Shown here piece by piece: positions 1 to 10,496 of a stretch of 64,000 nt of DNA. The DNA lies in the NCBI GenBank assembly GCA_021513695.1, contig CP084166.1, forward strand, positions 2,464,001 through 2,528,000, written 5' to 3'. This DNA is from Candidatus Heimdallarchaeum aukensis (GTDB taxonomy: Archaea > Asgardarchaeota > Heimdallarchaeia > Heimdallarchaeales > Heimdallarchaeaceae). The position numbers and the translations under genes are program-made. Every line of letters starts with the position of its first letter. Position 1 is the stretch's first letter. The notes under the pieces are model-generated. The model saw nothing but the letters and a program-made list of their open reading frames with translations, searched no databases and was not told the origin of the DNA.

Positions 1-669
1 AAAGAAATAAGCGGATTAGTAGTTGCTTCTTTTCCTGTAAGAGATTTTGATAGAATGCAATCTTTTGTTAATGCAGGAAAAGAAAATGGTAGAGAACTTG
101 TAATAAGTACACGTCAAGCTTTTGCTTTGGATGTTTTAGAAAAAGAAAAAATAGATGATGTTCCTAATCTTGACGAAGTAAGAGTTTTTCTCCCCAGTAA
201 AAGTTGGGGAATATATGATAATCCTAACTATCCCATTGAAATTCAAATGCAAGATTATTCCACATGGGAAAGAAAAATAATTGAAAAGTCATCTACAATT
301 ACTGCTAATGAAATAAGAGAAGAGCAAGAAAGTTATATATTGAGAGTAGAACCTACAGAATTAAAATATTTGCTTGATATTAATCCAAAGATTGGTTCAA
401 GATACATTCGCTCTTTGACAGAACCTGTTGATGAAGAAATGGAAATACAGCAACAAAAAATGGATAATTGGTTAAAATTCTTCAGTCTTTATCCTTACAA
501 ACAACTACATTGCTCTGGTCATACATCTAGAAAAGAATTATTAGAAATGATAAATAAGATTAACCCCAAAAAAATTGTTCCAATACATACAGAGAATGCA
601 AAAGATTTTATGAGTGCATTTGAGAAAGTTATGATAGTAGAAGAAGGAGTGAAAATAACTTTAAAATAG
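1..669 (+). CDS. C-terminal fragment of an MBL-fold beta-CASP family nuclease/ribonuclease. The gene begins upstream of the window.
   Basis: The frame is open from position 1, and the first Met at 55 is internal. The C-terminal motifs HCSGHTSRKELLEMI and KKIVPIHTE match beta-CASP motifs B and C (SGH...VHGE-like). Confidence 0.6.
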   Translation, partial: KEISGLVVASFPVRDFDRMQSFVNAGKENGRELVISTRQAFALDVLEKEKIDDVPNLDEVRVFLPSKSWGIYDNPNYPIEIQMQDYSTWERKIIEKSSTITANEIREEQESYILRVEPTELKYLLDINPKIGSRYIRSLTEPVDEEMEIQQQKMDNWLKFFSLYPYKQLHCSGHTSRKELLEMINKINPKKIVPIHTENAKDFMSAFEKVMIVEEGVKITLK

Positions 670-783
670 ATTTGATTGAACTTTTCTTAATAATTTTTTT
701 CTTTTCGTTTTTAATATTCTTTTAAAAGATCTTCTATTAAATTTCTGCAAAAAAGTAATAAATGAGAAGTAATTTTTTCTTAT

Positions 784-2310
784 ATGACAAACCAATATGA
801 TATTATTGTTGTTGGTTCCGGATTAGGGGGTTTAGTTGCAGGAGCTAAGCTAGCTAAGGAAGGAAAAAAAGTATTATTGATTGAACAACATTCCGTTGTG
901 GGAGGTTGTTCTACAACCTTTACTCGAAAGGGATTTACAGTTGACGTTGGTTTGCACCAAATCGACGGAATAGATGAATATGATGAAAAGATGCATTATT
1001 TCGAGGAACTAGGCGTTTATGAAAGTATTGAGTTTGTTAAACATGGTGATGAGTTCTATCGATTTGTTAATGATAGGGTAGATATTATTGTCCCTGATAA
1101 TGTCGAAAAAGCAATTAAAGTTTTAACAGAACATTTTCCAGAAGATGAAAAAGGAATTAATAATTACTTCGAGACTTTGCTTGCACTATACAAAGAGATA
1201 CACTCTCTCCCCAAAAGGAAACTGAAATTTTTCCTAATTATGCCGTTATTTCCTCTGCTATATCCCTCAATTGTTAAGTGGTCTAAAAAAACTGTAGGAG
1301 AATTCATTGATAGTCTAGAAATAAAAAATGAAGATCTGAAATTGGTATTACTTGGAAATATTCAATATTATTCTGATGATCCATATAAATTATCAATGCT
1401 TTACTATTCTGCGGCACAAGGATCATATTATGTAAAAGGAGCTTATTATCTGAAAGGAGGATCACAAAAACTATCAAATCATTTTGCTAAAGTAATTACT
1501 GACAATAATGGTGAAATAATCCTTTCTCATATGGTAGATAAAATAATTGTCAAAGGAAAAAGAGCTATAGGTGTGGAATATTACCCAAAAAGAAACCCAG
1601 AAGAAAGAAAACAAGCATTTGCAAAACATATTGTTGCTAATGCAGCAGTACCTAATGTTATAAAAATGTTGCCTGAAAAACAAAAGAAGGTTTTGGAAAA
1701 AATTTTCGGTGGCATGGAAATTGCACAATCACATTATTCTCTTTATCTTGGATTCAGTAAACCATTGAAAGAAATTGGCAATAAATGCTACGCAACAATG
1801 ATATGGCCACCAGATATTAAAACACCCGCAGATATAAGAAAAAGTCTAGAGTGGTCTTTCACTAAAAGAAGAATGAGTATAACTGATTACAGTCAATTAG
1901 ACAGTGGAATGGCCGTTCTTGGAAAAAGTGTAGCAATTATCTCTGGAACAGATATACTAGAAGACTGGGAGAAACTTCCTGAAGAAGAGTATAAGAAAAG
2001 AAAAGAGCAAGCCACTGAAGAGCTAATTGAGAGGTTGGAAAAATTAATTCCTGGAGCAAAAGATCACATTGAATGGAAAAACTTTGCTACTCCTAGAACC
2101 ATTAAGCATTTCACTTTAAATCCAAATGGGACATCTTATGGATATTCTCAACTTCCTTCACAATCAACAAATAAAAGACCAGGAAATAAATCTCCAATAA
2201 AGGGTCTATGGTTTGCAAGTGCATGGGTTTTCCCAGGTGGAGGGTTTACGCCTTCAATGACTTCAGGATATAATTGTGCACTTAAAATTTTAAAAGAGAT
2301 GAAAAAATAA
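784..2310 (+). CDS. FAD/NAD(P)-binding oxidoreductase of the phytoene desaturase (CrtI) / amine-oxidase type
   Basis: N-terminal Rossmann dinucleotide motif IIVVGSGLGGLVAGAKLAKEGKKVLLIEQ...GGC. Length of 508 aa and layout are typical of the CrtI family. Confidence 0.7.
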   Translation: MTNQYDIIVVGSGLGGLVAGAKLAKEGKKVLLIEQHSVVGGCSTTFTRKGFTVDVGLHQIDGIDEYDEKMHYFEELGVYESIEFVKHGDEFYRFVNDRVDIIVPDNVEKAIKVLTEHFPEDEKGINNYFETLLALYKEIHSLPKRKLKFFLIMPLFPLLYPSIVKWSKKTVGEFIDSLEIKNEDLKLVLLGNIQYYSDDPYKLSMLYYSAAQGSYYVKGAYYLKGGSQKLSNHFAKVITDNNGEIILSHMVDKIIVKGKRAIGVEYYPKRNPEERKQAFAKHIVANAAVPNVIKMLPEKQKKVLEKIFGGMEIAQSHYSLYLGFSKPLKEIGNKCYATMIWPPDIKTPADIRKSLEWSFTKRRMSITDYSQLDSGMAVLGKSVAIISGTDILEDWEKLPEEEYKKRKEQATEELIERLEKLIPGAKDHIEWKNFATPRTIKHFTLNPNGTSYGYSQLPSQSTNKRPGNKSPIKGLWFASAWVFPGGGFTPSMTSGYNCALKILKEMKK

Positions 2311-2359
2311 AATTTTTTAAAAAAACTTTATTTACTTTTTTATTTTTTTTATTATAAAA

Positions 2360-3373
2360 TTAGTAGTCTTCGAATTTTAGTTTATATACTGTTAAGAAGT
2401 TATTTTCGCTTAGAAAACTGATTATTTCAATAAAATCGGCGAAGTTATCGACAGAATTTTGATCAATATATATATCTTTTATCGTTTTTGTAATGTTGTT
2501 TAAGCATAATTCTAATATTGTTCTTTGCTTTTTCACATCAAGAATATCGTTACTGTCCATTTTTTGATAACTTGTTTCAATATATTTAATGTAGTTCTGA
2601 ATCTGTTCTTCGTTACTTATTGGTAGTGATATTGTCATATTGAGAATGAGAGCTTGTTTTAATAAAGACATTTCATCAGGTTTTGTAGTGATATTAATGT
2701 CCAAGTAATCTGCAATATATGGCATTATTTCTTCATCTAATGTTACAACACTTTCTAATTCATTAGCTAGTTCCTGTATCCATCTACGTACGTCATCATA
2801 GGGAAAAGTACGAATTTTCTCTTTTTCCTTTTTCCTTCTCCACTGATTATAAACTTCTTGTGCAGTTTTCTTCTTGAGATATAAGTCGACTTCAACAAAA
2901 CCTAATCTAGATATTACATGTATTTGTTTGTCTCCTTCTTGTTTTGCAATTTTAAAAATTGTGTTTCTTAATCTGTCTTTGATTGTTAAGCCTTCTATTT
3001 TCTGAAAAGTAGACAAAAATGTTTTTACTACTTTTTCAACAAAAGTCTTTGATTGAGGTAGTGGAATATTGAAGAGAACAAAAGGATTTTCTCCATTATT
3101 TTTTTCTGTAAGATCTCTATCTGGTTCGTAACCAGCATGAGTGGCTTTTACACGTGCTTGAGAACGAACAACAAGATTGTTATCAATAAAGCAAATAATA
3201 GACGAAAATTCATCATTGATACAACGATGAATGTCAATATACTGAGTAAGTGCACCCTCTTTATTACTTTTAATTAGGAGTTTAGGAATTATTAATTTCC
3301 TTCTCTTTTGACAGTAGTTACATTGATAATGAATTAAGGTAATTGTTTTTGAAGCTTGATTCAATATTATCAA
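2360..3373 (-). CDS. hypothetical protein (337 aa) with an N-terminal Cys/His cluster CNYCQ...HRC
   Basis: Long ORF with protein-like composition and no recognisable catalytic motif. Confidence 0.45.
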   Translation of the reverse strand: MIILNQASKTITLIHYQCNYCQKRRKLIIPKLLIKSNKEGALTQYIDIHRCINDEFSSIICFIDNNLVVRSQARVKATHAGYEPDRDLTEKNNGENPFVLFNIPLPQSKTFVEKVVKTFLSTFQKIEGLTIKDRLRNTIFKIAKQEGDKQIHVISRLGFVEVDLYLKKKTAQEVYNQWRRKKEKEKIRTFPYDDVRRWIQELANELESVVTLDEEIMPYIADYLDINITTKPDEMSLLKQALILNMTISLPISNEEQIQNYIKYIETSYQKMDSNDILDVKKQRTILELCLNNITKTIKDIYIDQNSVDNFADFIEIISFLSENNFLTVYKLKFEDY

Positions 3374-3538
3374 TCAATTCTATATGACATTTATTTAAAA
3401 TTTTTTGGAAACTTTCAGCTTCATAACTTTTTATGACAAAAAAGCACTAGTTCATATAAAATCTCTCAATAAGTTTGGACGAAACGTGTTCTTGCAATAA
3501 TTGGAAAGAATTTTAAAAGATTAATTCTGTTCTTGTTT

Positions 3539-3676
3539 ATGTTTTGCCCTAGATGCAGAAAAGTTGAAAAAAAGATAATAAAGATGCAAGCTGTTAAACG
3601 AAAGGGTGGTTTTCACAAACATACAAAGTACATATGTCCTTCTTGTGGGCTTGTTCGTATGAAACAGAATAAATAG
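3539..3676 (+). CDS. small zinc-ribbon protein (45 aa), not in the supplied ORF track
   Basis: Hand translation gives MFCPRCRKVEKKIIKMQAVKRKGGFHKHTKYICPSCGLVRMKQNK, with two CPxC pairs 22 residues apart. It lies in the gap between two minus-strand genes. Confidence 0.4.
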   Translation: MFCPRCRKVEKKIIKMQAVKRKGGFHKHTKYICPSCGLVRMKQNK

Positions 3677-3740
3677 ATTTTAAGAACTATTTAAGAATAA
3701 GAAAAAAAGAGAAAAATTATTCTTTTTGAATTTTTTTTAT

Positions 3741-4469
3741 TTATCTTATAACTTTTCTGAACCAGTCTGGCATTATATATCCTAGATAGCCACTAGCCAA
3801 ACCAGCCAAGGCAAAGAACCACGATAAATAATAAAATGGAGAGTAACCTTTTCCTGTTCCTGAAACTATTGCAAGATCAATTCCAAATGATAGAAATAGT
3901 AACAAGATAAAAATCCCATATAGTGAAATTAGTAAGAAACCAGTTCGAGGAATAATCTCTTTTGTTTTCTTTCTCTCTTTTAAAGAAAGCCAGATAAGTA
4001 TTACCATTATTATTATTGAATTGAAAGCATGATAGAGAACAATTAAGAAAGCGTTTGCATAGCTCCCTTGTCTGATACTGATTTTTGGAATAAATAGCCC
4101 AATTGAAATACTGTTTAATATAGTTATAGGAATAAGGTACTTTAATTGATTTTTAAGAAATATTCCGTTTATAAAAGCAAAAAGAAAAACGTTAGATAGA
4201 GCCGTGAAAGTGTAAGCTAGTAAGATAAAAAAGTCTGCATAAGAAGTGACTTCAGGATCAATATCTACACTAAATTGTAACCATTTTCCTATTGCTGTGA
4301 GCAACATTCCTGTTGCATAAGTTGTAAAGCAAATAGCTAAATGAGCTGTTGCTTCTCTTTTTCTTTTTATATATCTCTGCCAGACACTAAAAACTAATAT
4401 AAACATTAAAGTAGCTACTATTGTTTCTACTATTGGTGCAAGAATAGGAACATTATTACGTGAAAGCAT
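3741..4469 (-). CDS. polytopic integral membrane protein (about 7 predicted TM helices), function unknown
   Basis: Repeated 20-25 aa hydrophobic segments. The stop is 12 bp upstream of the Roadblock gene start, so they form an operon pair. Confidence 0.55.
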   Translation of the reverse strand: MLSRNNVPILAPIVETIVATLMFILVFSVWQRYIKRKREATAHLAICFTTYATGMLLTAIGKWLQFSVDIDPEVTSYADFFILLAYTFTALSNVFLFAFINGIFLKNQLKYLIPITILNSISIGLFIPKISIRQGSYANAFLIVLYHAFNSIIIMVILIWLSLKERKKTKEIIPRTGFLLISLYGIFILLLFLSFGIDLAIVSGTGKGYSPFYYLSWFFALAGLASGYLGYIMPDWFRKVIR

Positions 4470-4480
4470 ATTATTTCATT

Positions 4481-4924
4481 TTACCAAAGCGAATCTCTTA
4501 AACGTTTTGTAGCTTCGGAGGTACTAAGAATTTGTTCACAATTATCTATAAACTCATCTGTAAGCTTATTTAGTATCATTTCTTCATTTCTGAGAAGGTT
4601 AGCATCAACAACATCTTTTATTTCAAAAGAGACTCTTGTGGTAAACCGTGTTAATTCTTCTCTTAATGAGATTTTATCACTTTCAATACATGGATCAATA
4701 ACAACGATTACTGCAAAACTAGTAGCTACTTCAAGCAGAATATCGTAAGCCTTAGTGGAAACTTCTGTAGCTTCTCCTATTTTCATATCTTTCAGCAAAC
4801 TTTGAATAGCAGAGATAACTCCTGAAAATAGAGTGGCTCGAGTTATGTCACTAGAATTCTCTTCTTTTTCTCTAAAGAAGAGAGGAATTCCAGAACGATC
4901 TATAATGTAAATTGCATGTATCAT
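4481..4924 (-). CDS. Roadblock/LC7 (MglB-like, longin-like) domain protein
   Basis: The N-terminus MIHAIYIIDRSGIPLF follows the Roadblock/LC7 pattern (h-h-h-D-x-x-G-x-P-h), and the size is about 150 aa. Confidence 0.55.
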   Translation of the reverse strand: MIHAIYIIDRSGIPLFFREKEENSSDITRATLFSGVISAIQSLLKDMKIGEATEVSTKAYDILLEVATSFAVIVVIDPCIESDKISLREELTRFTTRVSFEIKDVVDANLLRNEEMILNKLTDEFIDNCEQILSTSEATKRLRDSLW

Positions 4925-5017
4925 TATTTCAAAATATCATAGTAAAGGTAACATTTGAATTTTCCTATACATAAATTATAACCAAGTCAATTTTTGGACT
5001 ATCACTAGTTATATAAA

Positions 5018-8000
5018 GTGTGGAGAATGCAAACACATATAATGAGAAAATTTGTTTTTGTTTTTAACTTTATAATTATAATCATTTTTAGCAGTTTAAA
5101 TCCTTCAGTAAATGCTGTGAAAAATGATTATTATACAAAATCTTCTATTGAGGGAGAAACAGTTTCTATTACTTTCTCCGTTACAACACCATATGAAGTG
5201 TCTTCTTTAGAAATACAAATTTTATATCTAATAGACCCCTATTATTATTATAGTTATCAACTGTCAAAAAATAGTCAAGATCCAAACGTTTTCGAAATAA
5301 GTTTAGAGCTGACTGAAGGAAAACTTTTACGATATCGTTATAGTTTAGGTGGAAATCAATGGGAATATCTTTCAGATAAAAATCCTTCATTCAGAACAAT
5401 AGTTATCTCTAAAGGCAATACAAACATCGAAGATAATATTGTGGGTTTTTGTCCTTCTTTTGACCCTTCTACTATTACACGATTAAACGTGACTGGTAGA
5501 GTAGTGGAGCAGGAAACTGATAAACCCATAGAAGATGGTTTTGTTGCTATTGGTGGTGTCATAACTCCTTTAAGAGCTAATGGTTCTTTCTATGCACAGA
5601 ATGTTTTTTCTGGTTATCAACACATACTCGTTTTTTCTTATTCTCATCTGAATTTACAATCAATACAAAATTTGTCTCCAGATACAGACGATGATCCTTT
5701 AGAAATTGATTTAGGGACTTTTAGTCTTGAAAAAACTAGACTTATAAGAGTCACTTTTATTGTAAAAACACCTGAGAATACACAAGACAAACAAGTAAAA
5801 ATAGTAGGCGATCTTCCTCAACTAGGTTATATTTATCCTTATATGGTCTCAACCAGAAATATTCTATTACAACATGTCAAAGATAATTGGTTTATTCAAA
5901 CATTAGAAATTCCAGAACATGTTCCGTTTAACTATTTTTACACTTTAGGTTCATATAACACATATTATGAGGTTGATTCACCCAATCCAAATCCTTTTGT
6001 CCGTTCAATTTATCCAGAAAACAATTCAGTAATAGTTGATGAAGTAGGTGCATGGAAAAATAATGGTTATGTTCATATGAAATTTACAGTAAATGTGCCG
6101 GAAAATACTCCTCAAGAATTTGGAGTCTCGCTCGTAACTAGTAATTCTTTCCTCAAAATGAATAAATTTAGTTCAACAGAATGGTACACAGAACTTGACT
6201 ATCCCGAAGGTTGGGAGTTTAATTATTATTATGCTGTAGGACAAGTAGATCATTCAATTTGGGAGAGTGAATATAATAATTCCAATCCTAGAACTAAGAC
6301 TGCCTCAGAAGGAGAATTTGTGGATACAGTTTCTAAATGGAATTACATTAAAACTCCTCAAACATCTACAGAAAGCAGTGTAAATGTAAGTTTAGTTTTT
6401 ACTGTTCCTTCTTATACTCCAGACGTCTCACTTTATCTAGCAGGAGAACTGTTTGATAATTGGGTAAATCCGCAAGGACAATTATTGCAGAAACTTGACG
6501 CCCACTCTTATCGTACATTCATAGTTTTAAACAAAGATATTGAAACAAGTTTTACTGTAACTAGAGGAACATGGGCTAGTTCTGCAGAAAAAAACTTTAC
6601 TCTTATCCCCAAATTTGAGGGAGAAGAATTTTACTTTTCAGTTGATTCGTGGATAGATCTCTCTTCTCCTTGGAATAGAACTTCATTAATTACTGGAGTT
6701 ATGCCTATAGATTATTGGTCTTCTGATATGCGCACATCTTTAGATCCAGCATTTAAACACTTTGCAGAACTAGGTGGAAAATGGATAGAATATAGCCCTA
6801 TCTGGAATTATGATAGATTGAAACCCTTTCCTTATTTATCCTCTACGACAGGAGTATATACCCCTGATGAAGATCTGGCTTTTATAGTAGAAACAGCAAA
6901 AAAGTATGGTTTGAGAGTAGGTATATCTCTTCAGATAAATACAGAACAAACAGCAGATTCTTCTCAATGGGGAGATTTTACAGCTGAAAAAATTGATGTT
7001 TTGCTTGAAGGATTAAGAACATTCTATTTCCATTATGCAGAACTATCACAGAAATTAGGGATAGAATTCATGACCTTTGCACGTCTAAGTGGAGACTGGA
7101 TAAATGATGCTTATGATACATTTATGATTAACTTAATTCCAGAAATTAGAGAAATATATTCTGGAATGCTCACAACTCACCAAGGTTGGACAGATGATTT
7201 TCAATACTATGGATTACTTGATTTCATAGGTTTTTATTTCTGGGAATCAGTGTTAGCTGGCACTCCTGACCCTACAGTAGACGAATTAACTACTGCATTT
7301 GAAGAAGTTATTGATACACACTATAGGCCCTTTTATGTGAAGTATCAGAAACCAATTATCTTCACTCAAGTGGCTTATGCAGCAATGGAGGAAGCCAACG
7401 GCCAACCCACTATTCCGAGTATTTACGAGGGAACAACTGTTGAATATAGACCTGATATTCAAGCTAGAATCTACGAAGCACTATACAGAGCAATAGCTAA
7501 CAGAACATGGATTGAAGGACTATTTAGTTTTGGCTGGAAATATTGGCCTTCTCATTTTCCAGAATATTCAATCAGCTACACTCCTGCAGAAACAGTTGTT
7601 GCTAAATGGTCAAATATGGTTAACTACGGAAATGGTGTGATTGTTAATAATGAAAACAAAGTAAAAGTAGAACAAGAAGACTTTATTCTTCACCTTGAAG
7701 AATCAGGTTTTTACACTGATATAAGATTAAGAGATTCAGAAGGAAACAACTGGTCTTCTTGGAATATATATCAAACTACAATTGATCTCTCTACTATTCT
7801 CCCGGAGATAAGTACTGAAAAACAGTATGTAATCTGGTTACAAGCAAAAAATTCGACTTTTACAAGTAATCCTACAGCTGTTAAGGTTATAGTAGATTCT
7901 ACAGCTCCTAAAATAAGCACTCAACCAACAAGTTACAATTTTAATCTTAGTAGTTTTAACAGTCTTGGAAAAATAGTGGAAGAAACTAGTTTAAACTTGT

Positions 8001-8884
8001 TAACTTTTGTATTTGATGACACTAGCTCAATTAATGTTGAAGCTCAGGTTACAGGGGCAGAGAATTATACAATAAATACAACAGGAAACGTTTTCACGCT
8101 ACCTATAATATTGTTTACTGAAGGAGATTGGAAAATAAAGTTGAATGTCTATGATGAGTATAATCACTTAACAACTACGACTTTTGAGTTTAGCATTTTT
8201 TCTATAGAATCGACCACTCCTCCGAAATTTACTTCCATTCCCGATGATCTTATTTTTGAAGAAGGTTCGACTGGGCACACTTTAACTTGGATAGTTACAG
8301 ACACCAATCCTTCAACTTATACTATTTATTCAAACGGCACTGAAGTTACCAGCGGTTCTTGGTTATCTGATCAAGCTATTAGTTTCTCTGTAGATGATTT
8401 AACTATAGGTTCTTACAATATTACTATTTTAGTTAAAGATTCGACAGAATTGTCTGCAACTGACACTACATGGGTGGTCGTAAATAAGCCAGAACCACCG
8501 AAATTTACCTCTACTCCTGATGATCTTACTTTTGAAGAGGGTTCGACTGGGCACACTTTAACTTGGATAGTTACAGATACTAATCCTTCAACTTATACTA
8601 TTTATTCAAACGGCACTGAAGTTACCAGCGGTTCTTGGTTATCTGATCAAGTTATTAGTTTTTCTGTAGAAGATTTAGGCGTTGGTTCCTATAATATTAC
8701 TATTTTAGTTACGGATACAACTGGATTATCTACGACTGACACTGTAAATGTGACTGTATTGTCGTCAGACAACAATAGTAGTGGTGATACAACTAAAAAC
8801 CCATTTTCGCTATTTTCACTAATTATATCTTTGCTTGGAATAAGTTTTGTTGCTTTATGGGTGATAAAAAGGAAAAAAAGCTAA
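5018..8884 (+). CDS. large cell-surface protein (1288 aa) with signal peptide, central degenerate glycoside-hydrolase-like TIM-barrel region, C-terminal tandem Ig-like repeats, Ser/Thr-rich linker and C-terminal TM anchor
   Basis: - The N-terminus FVFVFNFIIIIIFSSLNPSVNA is a signal peptide, and the true start may be the Met at about 5042.
- The C-terminus FSLFSLIISLLGISFVALWVIKRKKS is a TM anchor with a basic tail.
- An internal region is similar to the 10497..11666 product (WIEGLFSFGWKYWP versus WIAGLYWWNWE). Confidence 0.8.
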   Translation: MWRMQTHIMRKFVFVFNFIIIIIFSSLNPSVNAVKNDYYTKSSIEGETVSITFSVTTPYEVSSLEIQILYLIDPYYYYSYQLSKNSQDPNVFEISLELTEGKLLRYRYSLGGNQWEYLSDKNPSFRTIVISKGNTNIEDNIVGFCPSFDPSTITRLNVTGRVVEQETDKPIEDGFVAIGGVITPLRANGSFYAQNVFSGYQHILVFSYSHLNLQSIQNLSPDTDDDPLEIDLGTFSLEKTRLIRVTFIVKTPENTQDKQVKIVGDLPQLGYIYPYMVSTRNILLQHVKDNWFIQTLEIPEHVPFNYFYTLGSYNTYYEVDSPNPNPFVRSIYPENNSVIVDEVGAWKNNGYVHMKFTVNVPENTPQEFGVSLVTSNSFLKMNKFSSTEWYTELDYPEGWEFNYYYAVGQVDHSIWESEYNNSNPRTKTASEGEFVDTVSKWNYIKTPQTSTESSVNVSLVFTVPSYTPDVSLYLAGELFDNWVNPQGQLLQKLDAHSYRTFIVLNKDIETSFTVTRGTWASSAEKNFTLIPKFEGEEFYFSVDSWIDLSSPWNRTSLITGVMPIDYWSSDMRTSLDPAFKHFAELGGKWIEYSPIWNYDRLKPFPYLSSTTGVYTPDEDLAFIVETAKKYGLRVGISLQINTEQTADSSQWGDFTAEKIDVLLEGLRTFYFHYAELSQKLGIEFMTFARLSGDWINDAYDTFMINLIPEIREIYSGMLTTHQGWTDDFQYYGLLDFIGFYFWESVLAGTPDPTVDELTTAFEEVIDTHYRPFYVKYQKPIIFTQVAYAAMEEANGQPTIPSIYEGTTVEYRPDIQARIYEALYRAIANRTWIEGLFSFGWKYWPSHFPEYSISYTPAETVVAKWSNMVNYGNGVIVNNENKVKVEQEDFILHLEESGFYTDIRLRDSEGNNWSSWNIYQTTIDLSTILPEISTEKQYVIWLQAKNSTFTSNPTAVKVIVDSTAPKISTQPTSYNFNLSSFNSLGKIVEETSLNLLTFVFDDTSSINVEAQVTGAENYTINTTGNVFTLPIILFTEGDWKIKLNVYDEYNHLTTTTFEFSIFSIESTTPPKFTSIPDDLIFEEGSTGHTLTWIVTDTNPSTYTIYSNGTEVTSGSWLSDQAISFSVDDLTIGSYNITILVKDSTELSATDTTWVVVNKPEPPKFTSTPDDLTFEEGSTGHTLTWIVTDTNPSTYTIYSNGTEVTSGSWLSDQVISFSVEDLGVGSYNITILVTDTTGLSTTDTVNVTVLSSDNNSSGDTTKNPFSLFSLIISLLGISFVALWVIKRKKS
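8216..8773 (+). repeat. two tandem copies of a 279-bp (93 aa) repeat, about 92% identical at nucleotide level, inside the surface-protein gene
   Basis: ccgaaatttac...ggttcgactgggcacactttaacttggatagttacaga...caaacggcactgaagttaccagcggttcttggttatctgatcaag occurs at about 8216-8494 and again at about 8497-8773. Further upstream there are more diverged copies at the protein level. Confidence 0.8.
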
Positions 8885-9101
8885 GCCTATTTCTCTAATT
8901 TTTTTACATCTAAATAGTTATAGGATTTGGTTTCGCTTTTTCTATTTTTTTGTATAACTCTTTTGTAATATCCTCTCTCCACTTAAAAAAAGTAAAACTA
9001 TCATCAGCATTTTTGATTTGATTTTACAATATCTTTTATGTATTCATAAGAAAAAATGTTACAAACAATTAATCTTTTAAATAAGTATTAGTTTAAATTT
9101 T

Positions 9102-10166
9102 TTGATGAAGGAAGGACTACTCAAATACTACTTCGCAAACATACAACAAAACCTTTCAAATGTAAAAGATTATTTTCAACCTTATCTAGTTGAATTTAGA
9201 GATCATGTAGAAAAAACAAAATTTGAAGGAAAAGCAATATATATGCTGGATTTTCTTTTTATTCTATATTTATTTGTTATAGCACTGTTGGGTAGAGTAT
9301 TTGTAGTAAGAATAAATATTATGACCATTTTATTAATATTTGGTATACTAATTATTTCAGTTATAATGTACAAAGTAGAGCCTATCAAATTTAAGAAACC
9401 ATTTTCTTTATTGCTAGACTTTAGTCCTTTTATTTTTATTTGGCTGAGTTATGATTCTCTGGCAATTGTACAAGAAAAACTCATTTATCCAAGAGTGCAT
9501 ACAACTGAATTATATAACCTCGATATGAAGCTTTTTTCTTGGATGCTTAGAGGATTATCACCTAATGAATGGTTTGCAACTACTTTCTCCTCTTTAACTG
9601 TGGATGTGTTTTTTGGCTTTACTTATATTCTCCATACAGTAATCCCGTTTATTATTATTGTTTTAATGCTCCTTGGAAAAGATAGAAAAAATATACGGTT
9701 TACAGTTTTGTCATTTTCAATTGTTTCACTGATCTCGTTTATCACCTATGTTGTTTTTCCTGCAGCAGCTCCGTGGTATATAGCACAATATGGGTTTAAT
9801 TCTCCCTCTCCAAACATTTCCTACAGTGAAAGTGTGACTGCAGGTTTAAGTAGAATAGATGAGTTATTAGGAATAAGTTTGTTTCAAACAGTTTATAGCT
9901 TTGAAAGTAACTCTTTTGCAAGTTTACCAAGCGTGCATGCAGCTTATGCTATGTCAGCAGCTCTTTGCGCATATAATAAGTGGAAGAAAAAATCCTTGAT
10001 ATTTACTGCTCCTTATGTTTTTGCTATTCTCTTTGGAGCAATTTATTTCTATCACCATTTTGTGATTGATTTAATAGTTGGAGTAGCATATTCTCTTATT
10101 GCTCATTTCCTAACCCAAAAAATTGTTAAAAAAGCTAGTAATAATGAAAAATTATTCCTAAAATAA
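9102..10166 (+). CDS. PAP2-superfamily (phosphatidic acid phosphatase type 2 / IPC-synthase-like) integral membrane protein
   Basis: The protein is polytopic. PSVHAAYAMSAA matches the PSGH-like motif, and YHHFVIDLIVG matches the SRx5Hx3D-like H...D motif. Confidence 0.5.
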   Translation: MMKEGLLKYYFANIQQNLSNVKDYFQPYLVEFRDHVEKTKFEGKAIYMLDFLFILYLFVIALLGRVFVVRINIMTILLIFGILIISVIMYKVEPIKFKKPFSLLLDFSPFIFIWLSYDSLAIVQEKLIYPRVHTTELYNLDMKLFSWMLRGLSPNEWFATTFSSLTVDVFFGFTYILHTVIPFIIIVLMLLGKDRKNIRFTVLSFSIVSLISFITYVVFPAAAPWYIAQYGFNSPSPNISYSESVTAGLSRIDELLGISLFQTVYSFESNSFASLPSVHAAYAMSAALCAYNKWKKKSLIFTAPYVFAILFGAIYFYHHFVIDLIVGVAYSLIAHFLTQKIVKKASNNEKLFLK

Positions 10167-10227
10167 GTTAAAGAAAGAAGAATACCAATAAAGTTAAAAA
10201 ACACCAATAAATAAAAAAATGGTTTAA

Positions 10228-10389
10228 ATGGAAAGTTTAATTTTGTTTGAGTTATCAAGAGAAGAAGCAATTACTTTGCACAAATTTCTTTTAAGAATTA
10301 ATAAACAAGGATCTATTATTTTTCAAAATCAGAAAGAAAAAGAGCTAATCTCAGAGCTAAGCAATCTATTAGAACAAGAGCTTAAGTAA
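10228..10389 (+). CDS. small hypothetical ORF (53 aa), not in the supplied track
   Basis: Hand translation gives MESLILFELSREEAITLHKFLLRINKQGSIIFQNQKEKELISELSNLLEQELK. It sits intergenic between the PAP2 gene and the GH-like gene. Confidence 0.2.
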   Translation: MESLILFELSREEAITLHKFLLRINKQGSIIFQNQKEKELISELSNLLEQELK

Positions 10390-10496
10390 GATTCATTTTT
10401 ATTTTGTTAAGAGCAGTTGTTAATTTCTTGAGCTTAATTGCTGATTTTTTAAATACGAAACAACTTTTATTTGTAAAAAGTTTCTAAATAATATGT